From: Phyllobates terribilis
Taxonomy: Eukaryota
DNA: 64,000 nucleotides
Assembly (NCBI RefSeq): GCF_046119375.1
Contig: NW_027362769.1
Coordinates: 374,852,001-374,916,000, forward strand
Direction: 5' to 3'
Below, piece by piece: positions 42,125 through 55,582 of the stretch. The position numbers and the translations under genes were made by a program. How positions within the stretch are numbered: position 1 is the stretch's first letter; each line of letters begins with the position of its first letter. The notes below the pieces were generated by a model. The model worked only from the letters and a program-made list of their open reading frames with translations. It made no database searches and was not told where the DNA came from.

Positions 42125-45100
42125 GTGGTCAACATTTCTGGCAGAATAGGAATATGACTACTTATTTTCAATTATAGCTCCAGCGAAAATATTCTCTATA
42201 ATTTAGGATCAAAGCAGCAAAAGATAGGAACAACAGAATATTTTATTCTCACCCAAAGTAATGCAGAAGATATTGATATCAGTATCCTTCACATTCTCTT
42301 CCAAAATGATATTTATTTGCGTGAGTGATAAATGGCCTAAACTTTTCTAAATTTGTTGATATGTCGTTTACAGTCTCATCGTAAGTTCTCAGCCCCCCGT
42401 CATGGACATCTTGGGTTTCTCTCCCATAAGCGCAGCAAACGTCATCGGGGTAAAGTGAAGACTTGGCCAAAAGATGACCCCAGCAAACCTATTCACCTCG
42501 CGGCCTTCCTTGGATACAAGGCTGGAATGACCCACACTCTGCGAGAGGTCCACCGACCGGGGCTCAGTATGTGGAAAAATATGTGTGATGCAAAATTATA
42601 TAAACAATCCATCTACTCTGAGGAGAGAAAGTAGAGAATAGTCTTATCCAAAAAGTAGGACTGAGCGTTTTACTAGAGGAGGGAAGAGCCTCATCCAAAA
42701 GGTAGGATTGAGACACAGGCCTCCTTCCTCCAGCAACTCGTTCTTGGACATGTCCTATCGTCTGTATCTGTATTTCTCTGGGTGATTTAATATTGACCTC
42801 TTCATGCACATAGGAAAGATAAGTGGGATTCACTCTGCCGGCACTTTGTGACCATCAGTTGTGGCATGAGACCATCTTATGCAACTATAAAAAGAGGTAA
42901 TAGCCATAAGGGCAAGATGCAATTTTTGGGGGAGTTACTCCCCAAGATAAATTTACTATTAGTCTCCTAATTTATAAGGAATTCCCTTCTCTGATATGTA
43001 TTAGGCAGGGCGTGAGAAAGCATGTGCCTATTCAGATAGTTGAGGGCTCTTTCTTTTTGGAAATGAAGGTTTCTGTTATACCATCTGGAACAATATGTAC
43101 AATTGTGTTTACGCTTCTTTTTGAATTGAACGGTAATGGGGTGGACATATAGCCTGTTCTTCGGCATGGAAACCCAAAGAGGCAATAGGTCCTCTTTATC
43201 CACAATCATCATAACAACATCTTGCTCCACAACCTCCTCAATCTCCATTGGTCCCTCATAGACGACACTGTAATTCTGTAATTTGCAAGTATCACTGTGG
43301 AAGGAGATCCACTGGTTGTATTTTTGAACAGAGGTCCCCTCAGTTGTCCATGGCCCTCCCTGTATGGACATGTGAGTATTGTCATTGAGTCTCCACCAGT
43401 CGTTGTGAAAGACATTGACCGAGAGTAGGGACGTAGGAAAGAAACATCAAAAAACTGGACTGAGCTTTATCAAAAAGTAGGAAAGAGTCGTATCCTTGGC
43501 TAGGGCTGAGCTTTGTCCTTCAGTGGAGACTTATCCAAAAGTAGAACTGAGCTTTATACTAGAGTAGAAAAGAATCATATCCAAAAGAAGGACTAATCAT
43601 TATCCCACAATAGAGAAGAGCTTCATCTTAAAATAGGGAAAAACCGTATACAAAAGTAGGATTGAGCTTTATCCTAGAGTAAGGAAGACATGTATTAAAA
43701 AAATAGGACTAAACTTTATTCCAGAGCATGGCAGAACATTATCCAAAAGGAAGACTAAACTTTATCCTAAAGTAGGGTCAGGGAAGAACAGTATCCAATA
43801 GTGGGACAAGTAGAATGTATACTTCTGTAAAAGATAGACTGAACTATATCCCAGAGTAGGAAAGAGCCTTATGCAAAATTAGGACTGATCTTTATCCAAG
43901 AGTAAAGAAGAGCCTTACCTAAAATAGGACCAACTTTATATTGGAGTAGAAAAGAGACTTATCCATAATTAGGAGTAAGCTTTATTCAAAAGTAGAAATA
44001 AGCGTTATCCAAAAGAAAGACTAAGTTTTATTCAAGAGTAGAGCCTTTTTCAGAAAGTATTTTTTCTGGTTAGCCAATAAAGGTATCACTCCAAGAATAC
44101 TTTTGTCATTTTTGGGCATCAAAGTATTTACATCACAAAGTAGGACTAAGCTGTATTCTGAATTGGAGTCTTATTCACAAGTAGGACTGAGCTTTATAAT
44201 AGAGTACAGCCTTATTAAAAAAAATGGGACTAAGCTTTAAGTGAAAGCAGAGAGAAGCTTTTTTTTCCAAAAGTAGAAGTGAGCTTTATCTTAGAGTAGA
44301 AACGAGCATTATCCAAAACTGAGCATCACGCTTAAGAAGGGAAGAGCCTTATTTAAGAGAATAATGCTTTATTATAGAGTAGAATAAAACCTTATCCTAG
44401 TAAGACTGAGGTTTAACCTAAAGCTGAGACCAGCTTTTTTCCATAAGTAGAACTGAGTTTGGAGTAGTGAAGTGTCTTATCCAAAAGGACTGAGCATAGT
44501 CCTAGAGTACCAGAGTACGGGCATTTTTAGATATTACAGCGTAGAATCTATGATGCTTCTATAAGTAAATACATAATAAAAAACTATGTTGTGAAATTAA
44601 TTTAGAGATTTCTAAGCGTGAAGAAGTGGAAGCAGTAACAATCATAGAAACTCCTCCAATGGTCGTGGTGGGGATAGTGGGATACGTGGAGACTCCTCGA
44701 GGCTTGAGAAGTTTGAAGACCATATTTGCTGAGCACATAAGTGACGAGTGCAGGAGACGCTTCTACAAGAACTGGTCAGTCTATCAGGGATGGACCTGTA
44801 TGAGATCTTGACTATTATTTAATCAATGGTGTTATATAGGTATAAGAGCAAGAAAAAGGCCTTTACAAAGTATTGCAAGAAATGGCAAGATGAACAAGGC
44901 AAGAAGCAGCTTGAAAAAGACTTTGCCACCATGAAAAAGTACTGCAAGGTTATCCGGGTTATAGTGCATACTCAGGTAATGAAAGGTCATGGATGAAGAA
45001 GAATAGAATTAGTTTAGAACTCAAGATTTTGGTCAAGTAGGTGGAATTTTGAAAATGAGCACAGCACATTTCTTATGTCATCCTATCGAAACTGTTGAGC

Positions 45101-48100
45101 ACTGCCAATCGGTAGAGTTGAAGTTGCAACCTCAAATTGATCCATCTACTTGGTCAAAACCACGAAGTGAATCCAAGTCTCATCACTGATTTGATTTTAA
45201 CATCTGAACTCTTTAAAGTCATTGATCTTCATTTCTGCAGATGAAACTCCTTCCCTTACGGCAAAAGAAGGCCCACATCATGGAGATCCAGCTTAACGGT
45301 GGGACGGTCTCTGAGAAGGTAGACTGGGCTCATGAGAAACTGGAAAAGCAAATCCCAGTGAGCACTGTCTTTGGCCAGGACGAGATGATTGATGTTATTG
45401 GTGTCACCAAAGGAAAGGGAATGAAAGGTGAAAGAATGGGTTGTCCCCCATCTACCCTCCAAAAATATAGTCTAGTTTACCAACCACTGAACCAAAATTT
45501 CCGGACAATTTCTGTTGCCAATATTTATTAACTATTAATCTTCTATTAGGTGTAACCTCGCGTTGGCACACCAAGAAATTACCCCGTAAGACACACAAGG
45601 GTTTACGTAAGGTAGCCTGCATTGGAGCCTGGCACCCTGCTCGTGTTGCTTACACCATTGCCCGAGCTGGGCAAAAAGGCTACCACCATCGTACCGAGAT
45701 CAACAAGAAGGTACAAAAAATAGTTTTGAAGACAAAAATTGATGATTAAAATCAGCGGTTTGTCTTTTGAGGATCAAACCTAAGTTCCTAATTTACAGGC
45801 TACCGATTAGCCATGTTTGTGTTTTTCCCAAAGATTTATCGTATTGGCAAAGGTATCCATATTCTCGATGGAAAGGTTGTAAAGAACAATGCGTCAACAC
45901 AGTACGATGTCACAGACAAGTCCATTACACCACCGGTAAGTAAATCAGTAAGAAGGAAGCCCCAATGTGATGCAAAAAGAAAACCCTCCAAGTCCTTGAG
46001 TGAAGGAGACAGTTAATATGGCCACAATTTAAGCTCCACCAAAAGTGTAACTTGAAGCTCCTACCAATGCAAAATTTGTACCTGGTTCCCCTCAAAGAAA
46101 CATGTAAAATGTAGAGTGAACTTTATGGTCTTTGAGACACTAGTGCAAACCCTACTCTCCTGGTTGCCACCTACCATTTATCAGACTCCTAAACATCAAA
46201 AGTGTCTAGCAATGCACTAACGGGGCATGCCGTCATTGAAATCACCATCATTCAGCAGCATCCCGTGATGCCATCACGCCTGCCTCTCCTGCTGAGTGAT
46301 GCCCTTAAATTATCACCATTTTTTTGTTCACCAGGGAGGCTTCCCACATTACGGTCCAGTAAACAACGACTATATCATGGTTAAGGGCTGTGTTGTAGGA
46401 AGCAAGAAGCGTGTCCTCACCCTCAGGAAGGTAAGTGAATGATCGAGAGTGGTGCAAAAAAGGAACAGTGGTTTGCCCCCCCACATCTATCAATTAGTGG
46501 TGGACATAGATAATCATTGACGATCAGATCAAATACGAAGATAATTGATATAGACGATCACTACCAAACAGACCCTATAAGAAGATCGTTAATATAACTG
46601 TTAATTAACAATCAGACCAAATAGGAATATCATTGATGTAGATGATCATTATCGATCAGGCTATACACGAAGATTGCTGATGTAGACAATCATTAGCGTC
46701 AGACTAAATTTGAAGATCGTCGATATAGACGATCATTGGCGATCATACTATATTCGAAGATTATTTATGTAGATGATCATTGGCGATCAGACCATATACA
46801 AAGATTGTTAATATAATCATTGGTAATCAGACCATACACAAAGATTGCTGATGTAGATGATCGTTAGCAATCAGACCAAATTTGAAGATCATTGATATAG
46901 ATGATCTTTAGTGATTAGACCATATACGGAGATTGTTGATGTGTAGATGATCATTAGCAATTAGACCATATATGAAGATTGTAGACATAGATGATCGTTA
47001 GCGATTAGACCATATGTGAAGATTGTTGATGTAGACAATCATTAGCGATCAGACCAAATATGAAGATCATTGATATAGATGGTCGTTAGCAATCACACCA
47101 GATTCGAAGATCATTCATTGATACAGTTGGTCATTTGAGATCAGACCATATACGATGATTGTTGATATAGATGATTGTTAGCAATCAGACCAAATTTGAA
47201 GATCGTTGATACAGATGATCATTGGCGATTAGACCTTATACGAAGATTGTTGATATAGATGATCGTTAGCGATCAGACCATATTGAAAGATTGTCGATAT
47301 AGACAATCATTGACGATCATACCATATGCGAAGATTGTTGATGTAGACAATCATTAGCAATCAGACCAAACTTGCAGATCGTCGATAAAGATGACCACTA
47401 GCGATCAGACCATATTTTTAGATCGCTGATTGTTGAGATGATCTTCAGCAATCAGGCCATATTCGAAGAATTCTGATAATAATTTTAATAATATTATCCT
47501 TTTGACTTATAGAAATGTGTTTCATTGATTGGAACATGTAAGTTTCAAATTCAATATATTTCAGTTTATGCTTCTTTAATAAGCCGGAGTACAGATAATG
47601 AAAACCGAGGCCTGTCTTTATGTCTATATCCAGCTTCAGGCTGGTTTTGAAGAAAATAAGCAGCTACTGATTGCTATAGAAAACTGAACCACTTTTGCTT
47701 TACACCAGACCCTTACAATATCCTCAATGCCAGGTTGGGCTGGGTAAAGGCCTTGGTAAACATCAGGGTTGGCAACATGACCTATGAAGTCAGCCATGTT
47801 GTGACTTCATTGGGCATTTGTCGGGAAGAAGGTCCACTTGCCCAATACAGAGCCAAAAAAAGAATCACTACTGAGTATGATGTCACTATTTCACCACATA
47901 TTTTCCTCTCATAGTCTCTGTTGGTCCACACAAGTCGTCGTGCTTTGGAGTCCATCGATCTAAAATTCATTGACACCACATCGAAGTTTGGCCATGGATG
48001 CTTTCAGACATACCAGGAGAAGAGAGCTTTCATGGTAGGTTCATAGAGGTTTTCCCACCAAAAATGTTTTTCGACTAGGCAGGTCTGATCGATGGGAGTC

Positions 48101-48351
48101 TGCAATTGATCCCGAGAACATAATTCTTTGTCATGTTTCCCAGTGGAGAATTAACCGGCAACTCTCCATAGGAGATATAAAAATAGTCAGACGCACCTTT
48201 TGGTGGGAAACCCTTTAGTATGGACTTATATTGTAGTGCATTGGGAATGATGATGTCAGTATTTGACAAATCACATTTGTGTCACCCCCTACAGGGACCC
48301 CAGAAGAAGCATCTGGTAAAAGACAAAGAGGAACCAGTAGAGGAGCTGTAG
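42122..48351 (+). CDS. RPL3L: 60S ribosomal protein L3-like (uL3-like paralogue), 10 coding exons, 407 aa
   Basis: Exons 42122-42124 (ATG, tentative), 42374-42566, 44606-44774, 44840-44975, 45241-45427, 45550-45710, 45834-45935, 46335-46430, 47915-48034, 48295-48351 = 1224 nt. RPL3L-type residues ([39 protein letters not shown]); head-to-head with NDUFB10; AATAAA 48391. Confidence 0.95.
43440..44510. repeat. degenerate tandem array (about 37 bp) in RPL3L intron 2
   Basis: ATCCAAAAGTAGGACTGAGCTTTATCCTAGAGTAG-like units; also at about 42630-42710. Confidence 0.8.
46500..47470. repeat. degenerate tandem array (about 40 bp) in RPL3L intron 8
   Basis: GATCATTAGCGATCAGACCATATACGAAGATTGTTGATGTA-like units. 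Confidence 0.85.
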
Positions 48352-49925
48352 GCTTTGTGCCATTGAATGTTTCTTTAGTCAAGGAATGGAAATAAAAATG
48401 GCCTGATGATGTCATCGCTTTCATATTGTTCTGTTCTCCATCCTGAGTCCAAGCTTTAAAGGGGGGCAATCACTCTAGCAGTGGCATTAGACAGGGGGTC
48501 CTCATACACATTATAAAGTCAGTGAATCCTGACAAAAATTTCTGATGAATTTAATCTACTATGCATAGGAGCTTTAAGGGGGATTTGTCACCAAGTTAAA
48601 TGTCCACAATTTTTGCTCTTATTTTATTTCTGCGTCTCCCCTGAGTATTCGTTTTTTTGTTTTTTAAAAATCTGCTAAACGGTTCCCGAGATATGAGCCT
48701 TCTTAATTAGGCCTACTTTTTATAGCCTTTACAAAGGGGCGTGTCTCACAGCAGCTTAAAGACACGCCCCAGAGGATCCTATGAGCCACACCCCCTTGAA
48801 AGACCATAAAACTTAGCACTAAAAAGCTCATATCTCTGGAACCGTATGGCGGATTTTAAAAACGTAAAAAACAGAAAACTGAGAATAGCAGTGGGAATAA
48901 AAAAGAGCAAAAATTGGCATCTTTTCACCTAGTGACAGGTCCTCTTGATGTGGTCTATTATGACTACCTAAAAGGGAACCATTTTGATTTTTATGTTACC
49001 TTGTCTAAGCTAGACCATCTCTGAAAGAATGATACCCCCAAAAGTAGGAAACATTACTTTTGATCCACCCTTCCTCCTCCCAAGATGATGCAGATGAGTT
49101 TTTCTTATTGAGTACATCCATCATGACCCTCAGAGACAAAAATAACAACTCGTCAATGCTTGTTTAATGGCGTTTATTCCAAAGTGCCGAGAATTATCCA
49201 CAGCGAGATGGGATCCATGATGGAATAACACACGACATGGGGAAATTCACTTCATTGGACAAAAATGATATTTTATTGCTTGTGCTCCCTACTAATCACA
49301 GTTCCAAAATCAAGCTAATCTTGAAGGATTTCCGATACGCGCTCAGGAGGAGGTAGCCATTTTTGTGGGATCCAAACATAGACATCCATGGCCTTAAATA
49401 TGGGAATAATCTATAGAGCCGCAGCAATGTAGCCCAATATTAGAAAGAATTGACGGAAATTCCGGGAGAGTTCCAGAAAACTCTAACACAATGTTCTAGA
49501 AAGAGCCCCAATGAAATACATCTACTAACACTGACGAAGAGGGTCATGCTCCCTATAGAACGCTGTTATATGCTATACCAGGGCCTTTTAGGGGTAACAG
49601 AAACCCCCCAATAAACCTCCCTTCTACTAACCAGAGCAGAAAGGCTTTCTTTTTAGAAGACTGCGGTCAGCCATTAAAATAGGAGCTGTCTTGGACACAC
49701 AAAGTCCAATCCAACACCATAGCGTTGCCTATTAAGAAGGCCGAGAGTCTCCTCTCCACCGTATCTGCAGATCATACATATCTTCCATAGAAGGATCTTC
49801 TTTCGGTGAACTGGACCCATCTTCTCCTATGAACAGATGAGGCCTACAGTAGGTCATGCATTTCACTTCTGTCCAGTTATTACTATTTAACTGTAGGACC
49901 ATGCAGGGTCTTGTATCCTATGTAT

Positions 49926-52900
49926 TCACAATGGGACTGACATGGACAAGTCGCTTGATGGCTGCTTGGAGGGATCCAGCCCTGACTGCATGATTGGAAA
50001 TAATAGGTCGTCCATGTTTGGCATCACTAAAATTTTCTGTAAAATAAGAAAAAAATCATAGATAAAATGCTGCCTACCTGCTGCCACCACTAGAGGGAGC
50101 TCACTGCACACTGTTCTATTATTGAGTTCTCTGTATGCATAGTCTTCAGCGAGCTCCCTCTAGTGGTGACTATATACAGCCAGAATGTCATCATGTATCC
50201 ATTTATATCCATGCAGGGTATTTGGAGTGCTGAATCAGAAAAATGGAACTTCGACATATTAAACTTATAATTGGTACAGAATTTAGGATTTATTTAGATA
50301 AAATAATTACGTTCAAGACTGGACACTTATTTGATATTTGAGTGGGAATCTCACTGGGTAGGAAGGAGGCTATCCTGGTAGATTGTGTGTGCTATGGGTA
50401 CCTGAAACTCATCTTGTAGCTTCTTCTCGATCCACTCCGTCACATGCATGAATGTCACTTCCCTTTCCCCCAGTTTTGGCCGAACCTTCATCTCTACGTG
50501 TGGCGGCGCCCGAAAGCTGTACCTAAAATATGGGGCAGCGGATGGTGAAACTGTCATCATAGTTACTATTAAAAGAAAATTCTCTAAAATTAAAAAATAA
50601 AATCCCCAGTAAGAATAATCCAACTTTTCTTAGTTACTCAAGTTTCTGGGAAAGCTGGGTGACAATTAATATGACCGCTCATACAACTCATATAGGTGTC
50701 ATAGAACTTTCCCAACTTAGTAGAAACTTTTGGCATGAGGCAACTTGAGGACTTATATTTACTGGGGATTCTGTAATTTTGGAGATGCCCTTTAAGTTAC
50801 CATATCCGGTCAGTAGGTGGCGGTGGGATGTTCACGGCCAGCGTACCCCCCAGCTCCTGCAGCTCCACTGTCAGCAGCAGGGGGGTGTTGGACACCTCTT
50901 CTATCTTCCTCTTGATATACTCGTTCTCTGTGGCTTTCTGGAAGTAGCGAGATTTGGCGATTTTATCTACGAAGCGCAGGATTCGGCGACTGGTGCTGTT
51001 TCCACCTGTAAAACTGCAGAATATTCGGGGATGAGAAATCTTTCGGGGGGTTTCAGACTATAATGTTATATCTGTTTCTGGGAAAGCTGGGTGACAAATA
51101 ATAAATGTTCTAAACTGAGGATACCCCTTTAAGCAATTTCAAGGACAACTCAAGTGCTTATGCTTATGTCTGCTAGGGATGCTGCAGGGTACATTTAAAT
51201 GGATGCCGTGGCGTAGTGTGGGGGAGTCAGGCACAGGGGAAGTTGCCCTGGGCACAAAATTCTTAGGGGCGTAAAATTTCGAAAAAAGTAAAAAAATAAA
51301 GTTCCGCTGCGGTCAAACACCCTGGACGTGACCTGGTCCCCGGGTCTCCAGACGAGAGCCATTTTGAAATGCAGGGCATAGGCATACCCCCACAAAAAAT
51401 TATATTAATGTCGGTTGCCAATCTGACGTGTAAAGTGGCCCCCCAAATTTCCTGTAACAGATGGATTTCAGGGGAAAGAAGGATCGGACATGTCAAATCC
51501 AATGCCCAATCCTTTTGATCACAGGGAAGATAATCAGGACCCGGACAGTGGCGTACCGCCAATGGCGGCAGACCACGCGACTGCTATGGGGCTCGTGAGC
51601 CGGGAGGGCCCTATAGCAGTCCAGGGGTGGACATACCGCCGCCGGTGCAGCTGCGCCGGGTCCCCACCATGCAGCTGCACCAAGGGGGCCGCAAGGTGCA
51701 GCTGCTCCCTGCACGTGGCGGTCAGTGAGCGATCCCTGCAGCTCTGCTGCTGTCAGGAGGAGAATAGCAGCGGAGCTGGAGGGTTCATCCTCTGCTTCCT
51801 CCCTGATCCAGGCGCACGCAGCTTGATGACGTCATCATGCAGCGTGCGCCTGGGTCAGGAAGAAAGCTGCCGGCAACCAGGAGGATGCTGCAGGGGAGCG
51901 AGCTGAGGTAAGTTTTTTTTTTTTTTTGTTTGTTTGTTTTTACTGAAACGCTGGGGAGGGGAGGTGGGGGGAGAGCAATGGTGGGATGGTGGGGCTGGGG
52001 AGAGCAATAATGGGGCTGATGGGACTGGGGAGAGCAATGATGGGGCTGGGGAAAGCAATAATGCGGCTGGGGAGAGGGCTGATGGGGCTGGGGAGAGGAA
52101 TAATGTGGTTGATGGGGCTGGGCAGAGCAATGATGGGCCTGGGGAGAGGAAAAATGGGGCTGATGGGGCTGGGAAGAGCAATAATGGGGCTGGGGCTGAG
52201 GAATGATGGGGCTGGAGAGAGGAATAATGGGGTTGATGGGGCTGGGGAGAGGAATAATGGGATGGTGGGGCTAGGGAGAGCAATGATGGGGCTTGGAAGA
52301 GGAATGATGGGGCTGGAGAGAGCAATGATGGGGATGGTGGGGCTGGGGTGAGCAATGATGGGGCTGGGGAGAACAATGATGGGGATGGTGGGGCTGGGGA
52401 GAACAATGATGGGGATGGTGGGGCTGCAGAGAGCAATGATAGGATGGTGGGGCTGGAGTGAGCAATTATGGGGCTGGGGAGAGGAATAATGGAGTTGATG
52501 GGGCTGGGGAGAGGAATGAGGAGATGATGGGGCTGGAGAGATCAATAATGGGGCTGATGGGGCTTGGGAGAGGAATGATGGGGCTGGAGAGAGGAATAAT
52601 GGGGTTGATGGGGCTGGGGAGAGGAATAATGGGATGGTGGGGCTAGGGAGAGCAATGATGGGGCTTGGAAGAAGAATGATGGGGCTGGAGAGAGCAATGA
52701 TGGGGATGGTGGGGCTGGGGTGAGCAATGATGGGGCTGGGGAGAACAATGATGGGGATGGTGGGGCTGGGGAGAGCAATGATGGGATGGTGGGGCTGGGG
52801 TGAGCAATGATGAGGCTGGGGAGAGGAATAATGGAGTTGATGGGGCTGGGGAGAGGAATGATGGGATGATGGGGCAGGAGAGAGCAATAATGGGGCCAGG

Positions 52901-55582
52901 GAGAGGAATGATGGGGCTGATAGGGCCGGAAAGAGGAATGATGGGGCTGATGGGGCCGGGAAGAGCAATAATGGGGCTGATGGGGATGTGGAGAGGAATA
53001 ATGGGATGGAGGGGCTGGGGAGAGCAATGATGGGGCTGGCGCTGGGGAGAGCAATAATGGGGCTGATAGGGCTGGGGAGAGCAATGATGGGGATGGTCGG
53101 GAAGGGGAGCGCAATGACGTGTTCCTGGGAGAGAGCAATGACGGGGGTGCTGGGAGAGAGCAATGATGGGGGTGGTGGGAGAGAGCAATGATGGAGGTGC
53201 TGGGACAGAGCAATGATGGGGTTGCTGGGAGAGAGCAATGATGGGGGTGCTAGGAGAGAGCAATAATGGGGGTGCTGGGAGAGAACAATGATGGGAGTGC
53301 TGGGAGAGAGCAATGATGAGGGTGCTGGGAGAGAGCAATGATGGAGGTGCTGGGACAGAGCAATGATGGGGGGGCTGGAAGAGAGCAATGATGGAAGTGC
53401 TGGGACAGAGCAATGATGGGGTGCTGGGACAGAGCAATGATGGGGGGCTGGGAGAGAGCAATGATGGAGGTGCTGGGACAGCAATCATGGGGGTGCTGAG
53501 AGAGAGCAATAATGGGGGTGCTGGGAGAGAGCAATGATGGGGTGCTGGGAGAGAGCAATGATGGCGGGGCAGGGGCAGAGCAATGACGGGGGTGCTGGGA
53601 CAGATCAATGACGGGGGTGCTGGGACAGATCAATGACGGGGGTGCTGGGAGAGAGCAATGATGGGGGTGCTGAGAGAGAGCAATGATGGGAGTGCTGGGA
53701 GAGAGCAATTATGGGGGTTTCACTTTGCTTGTACTGTGAAGCCTTGTATGTTTTCCGTGTGCACATAGCCTTACAGTTAATTGGGGAGAGTCACAGAGAC
53801 TGAATAATTTATATTATTGGCCGGTGCAGATTATAGTTAATGGGGGGCACAGTGCTGCCTATCACTTTATATTTTGATTACTAAGTGGCTAATAGTATAT
53901 TAATGGGGGGGGTACATATCTGTATTCAGGGGCCCAGAGCGGGGGAGACACATGTATGCATACAATATGTGACCTTGTTATTTTCTAGGCTGGAGATCAT
54001 TGTGACAAGACGAGTCGTGGCTGGGAGATGTGGACATGAAGGTCTGACCAGATGGAGAAGAAGCAGCAGAAACCGACTCTGATCAGATGAGACGTCAGCG
54101 GTAAGTGCCTGGATGTAAATATTATTCTGTATCTGCACTGTGTGACTTGGAGTGATAATGTTATCTGTAAAATCTCTTAGGCTATGTGCCCACGTTGCGG
54201 AAAAGCAGAAAATTTCTGCTTCATTTCCGCATGTCCTCTCCCGGAAAAACGCATGCGGAATTCCGCACGCGTTTATTGCGCGTTTATCGCGCGCTTATCG
54301 CGCGTTTTCCACATGCGGAATTGCCTTGCGTTTTTAATGCATTGCACAAGGCAATTCCGCATGCGGAAACGCAAAATTAATGGACATGCTGCGGATTTTT
54401 GAACGCAGCATAAACGCTGCGGAAAAATCCGCAGCATGGGCATAGAACTTGCGGATTCTCATTGGGGACAATGGGATGCGGATTACCAAGCGTTTTACAA
54501 GCGTTTCCGCTGCGGAAAATCCGCAGCAAAAACGCTTGTAATCCGCAACGTGGGCACACAGCCTTAGGCCACATTCTCACATTTGTGTGAAATGTCCGTC
54601 TGCTGCCAGATTTTTTTATCAGATGGTTCACGGACTCGTAGAGTTATATAGATCCATTCACACATCCATGAAAATCACGGATCTGAAAATGATATCTGTG
54701 AGGGTCAGAGAATGTCCTGTTCTGATCCGATTTTGAGGATTAGAATAGGACATGCTCAATGCGTCAGTAAAACAGGGCAGCACACCGACACTGCACACAG
54801 ATGCAGGAATGTAGCCTTATTGTGTATAGCACAGTCCCTTAGTATATAGTGTACTCACTTATTATGTATAGCACAGTCCCTTAGTATATAGTGTACTCAC
54901 TTTTTATGTATAGCACAGTCCCTTAGTATATAGTGTACTCACTTATTATGTATAGCACAGTCCCTTAGTATATAGTGTACTCACTTATTATGTATAGCGC
55001 CATTCTTAGTTATATAGTTTCCTCTTTTATTATGTATAACACCCTCCCTTATTATGTACCATCCTCTCTAGCTCTAGGGGCTCACAGTTGGGGGATCATA
55101 CTGTGTTGGGGTCAGCATACTTTGCCCTGGGAGTTGAGGTGGGGTACAGTAGGGTCATTATACTGTGCATGTGGAGGAATTCACCATGGGGGTATCATAC
55201 TGTGTTTGGGGGGCCCTTTTATTGGCATCACACTTTATGGGGCAATGAAAGAGAGATCTAGGACTTCAGCAGGAGGAAAATTACTATATAAAGGATGTAA
55301 AGTTGTGAGATCTGATCTTTGGTGATCCCAACAATTATTTAATTTTTTTTTGGGGGGGGGGGGGGGCAATCAGAGCTTCTGCTATGGGGCCCCATGATTC
55401 CTATGTACGCCCCTGGACCCGGAGCTCCAGGCTTACGCCTCTGACTGCACCTTTCAGTATTATTGGGGCTGGCTCTTTCTGCCGGTGTCTCCGTGATAGT
55501 GATCTCCTCATCTTCGGATGAGCCGGCACTAGAGGACTCCTCGTCGCTGTCCGTGAAGATCCTGCATCTTGGTATCTTTGCC
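49926..55582 (-). CDS. TEX2-like SMP-domain protein, 3' four coding exons (5' part outside window)
   Basis: Exons 55582-55437 (DSDEESSSAGSSEDE), 51005-50801 (KIEEVSNTPLLLTVE..GTLAVNIPPPPTDRIW), 50522-50402 (PPHVEMKVRPKLGEREVT..WIEKKL), 50036-49926 (KILVMPNMDD..stop). These match TEX2 C-terminal SMP motifs. TEX2 versus tex2l orthology unresolved. Confidence 0.88.
51960..53715. repeat. compound GA-rich minisatellite
   Basis: GGGGCTGGGGAGAGCAATGAT / GGGGGTGCTGGGAGAGAGCAATGAT units of about 21-30 bp. Confidence 0.92.
54180..54816. mobile_element. two abutting Harbinger-type MITEs (54180-54563, 54567-54816)
   Basis: GGC..GCC ends, each flanked by TTA, sharing the central TTA. Confidence 0.7.
54820..54995. 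repeat. about 43-bp tandem repeat, 4 units
   Basis: TATGTATAGCACAGTCCCTTAGTATATAGTGTACTCACTTAT. Confidence 0.9.

Larger units (their letters stand above)
51546..55415. mobile_element. non-autonomous hAT-type element in the TEX2-like intron
   Basis: Termini CAGTGGCGTAC / GTACGCCCCTG; perfect 8-bp TSD GACCCGGA; contains tandem arrays and MITEs. Confidence 0.82.

Noticed and set aside
48245-48294. C-box-like ATGATGA in the last RPL3L intron (RPL3 hosts C/D snoRNAs)
   Set aside because: No D box or terminal stem before the acceptor about 45 nt away.
51855-53708. Pro/Ser/Leu-rich ORFs up to 514 aa
   Set aside because: Products of the GA-rich minisatellite.
53988-54100. Plus-strand AG..GTAAGT exon-like segment
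   Set aside because: Antisense to the TEX2-like gene, inside a hAT element, and flanking TEX2-like exons already join in phase; no evidence of use.
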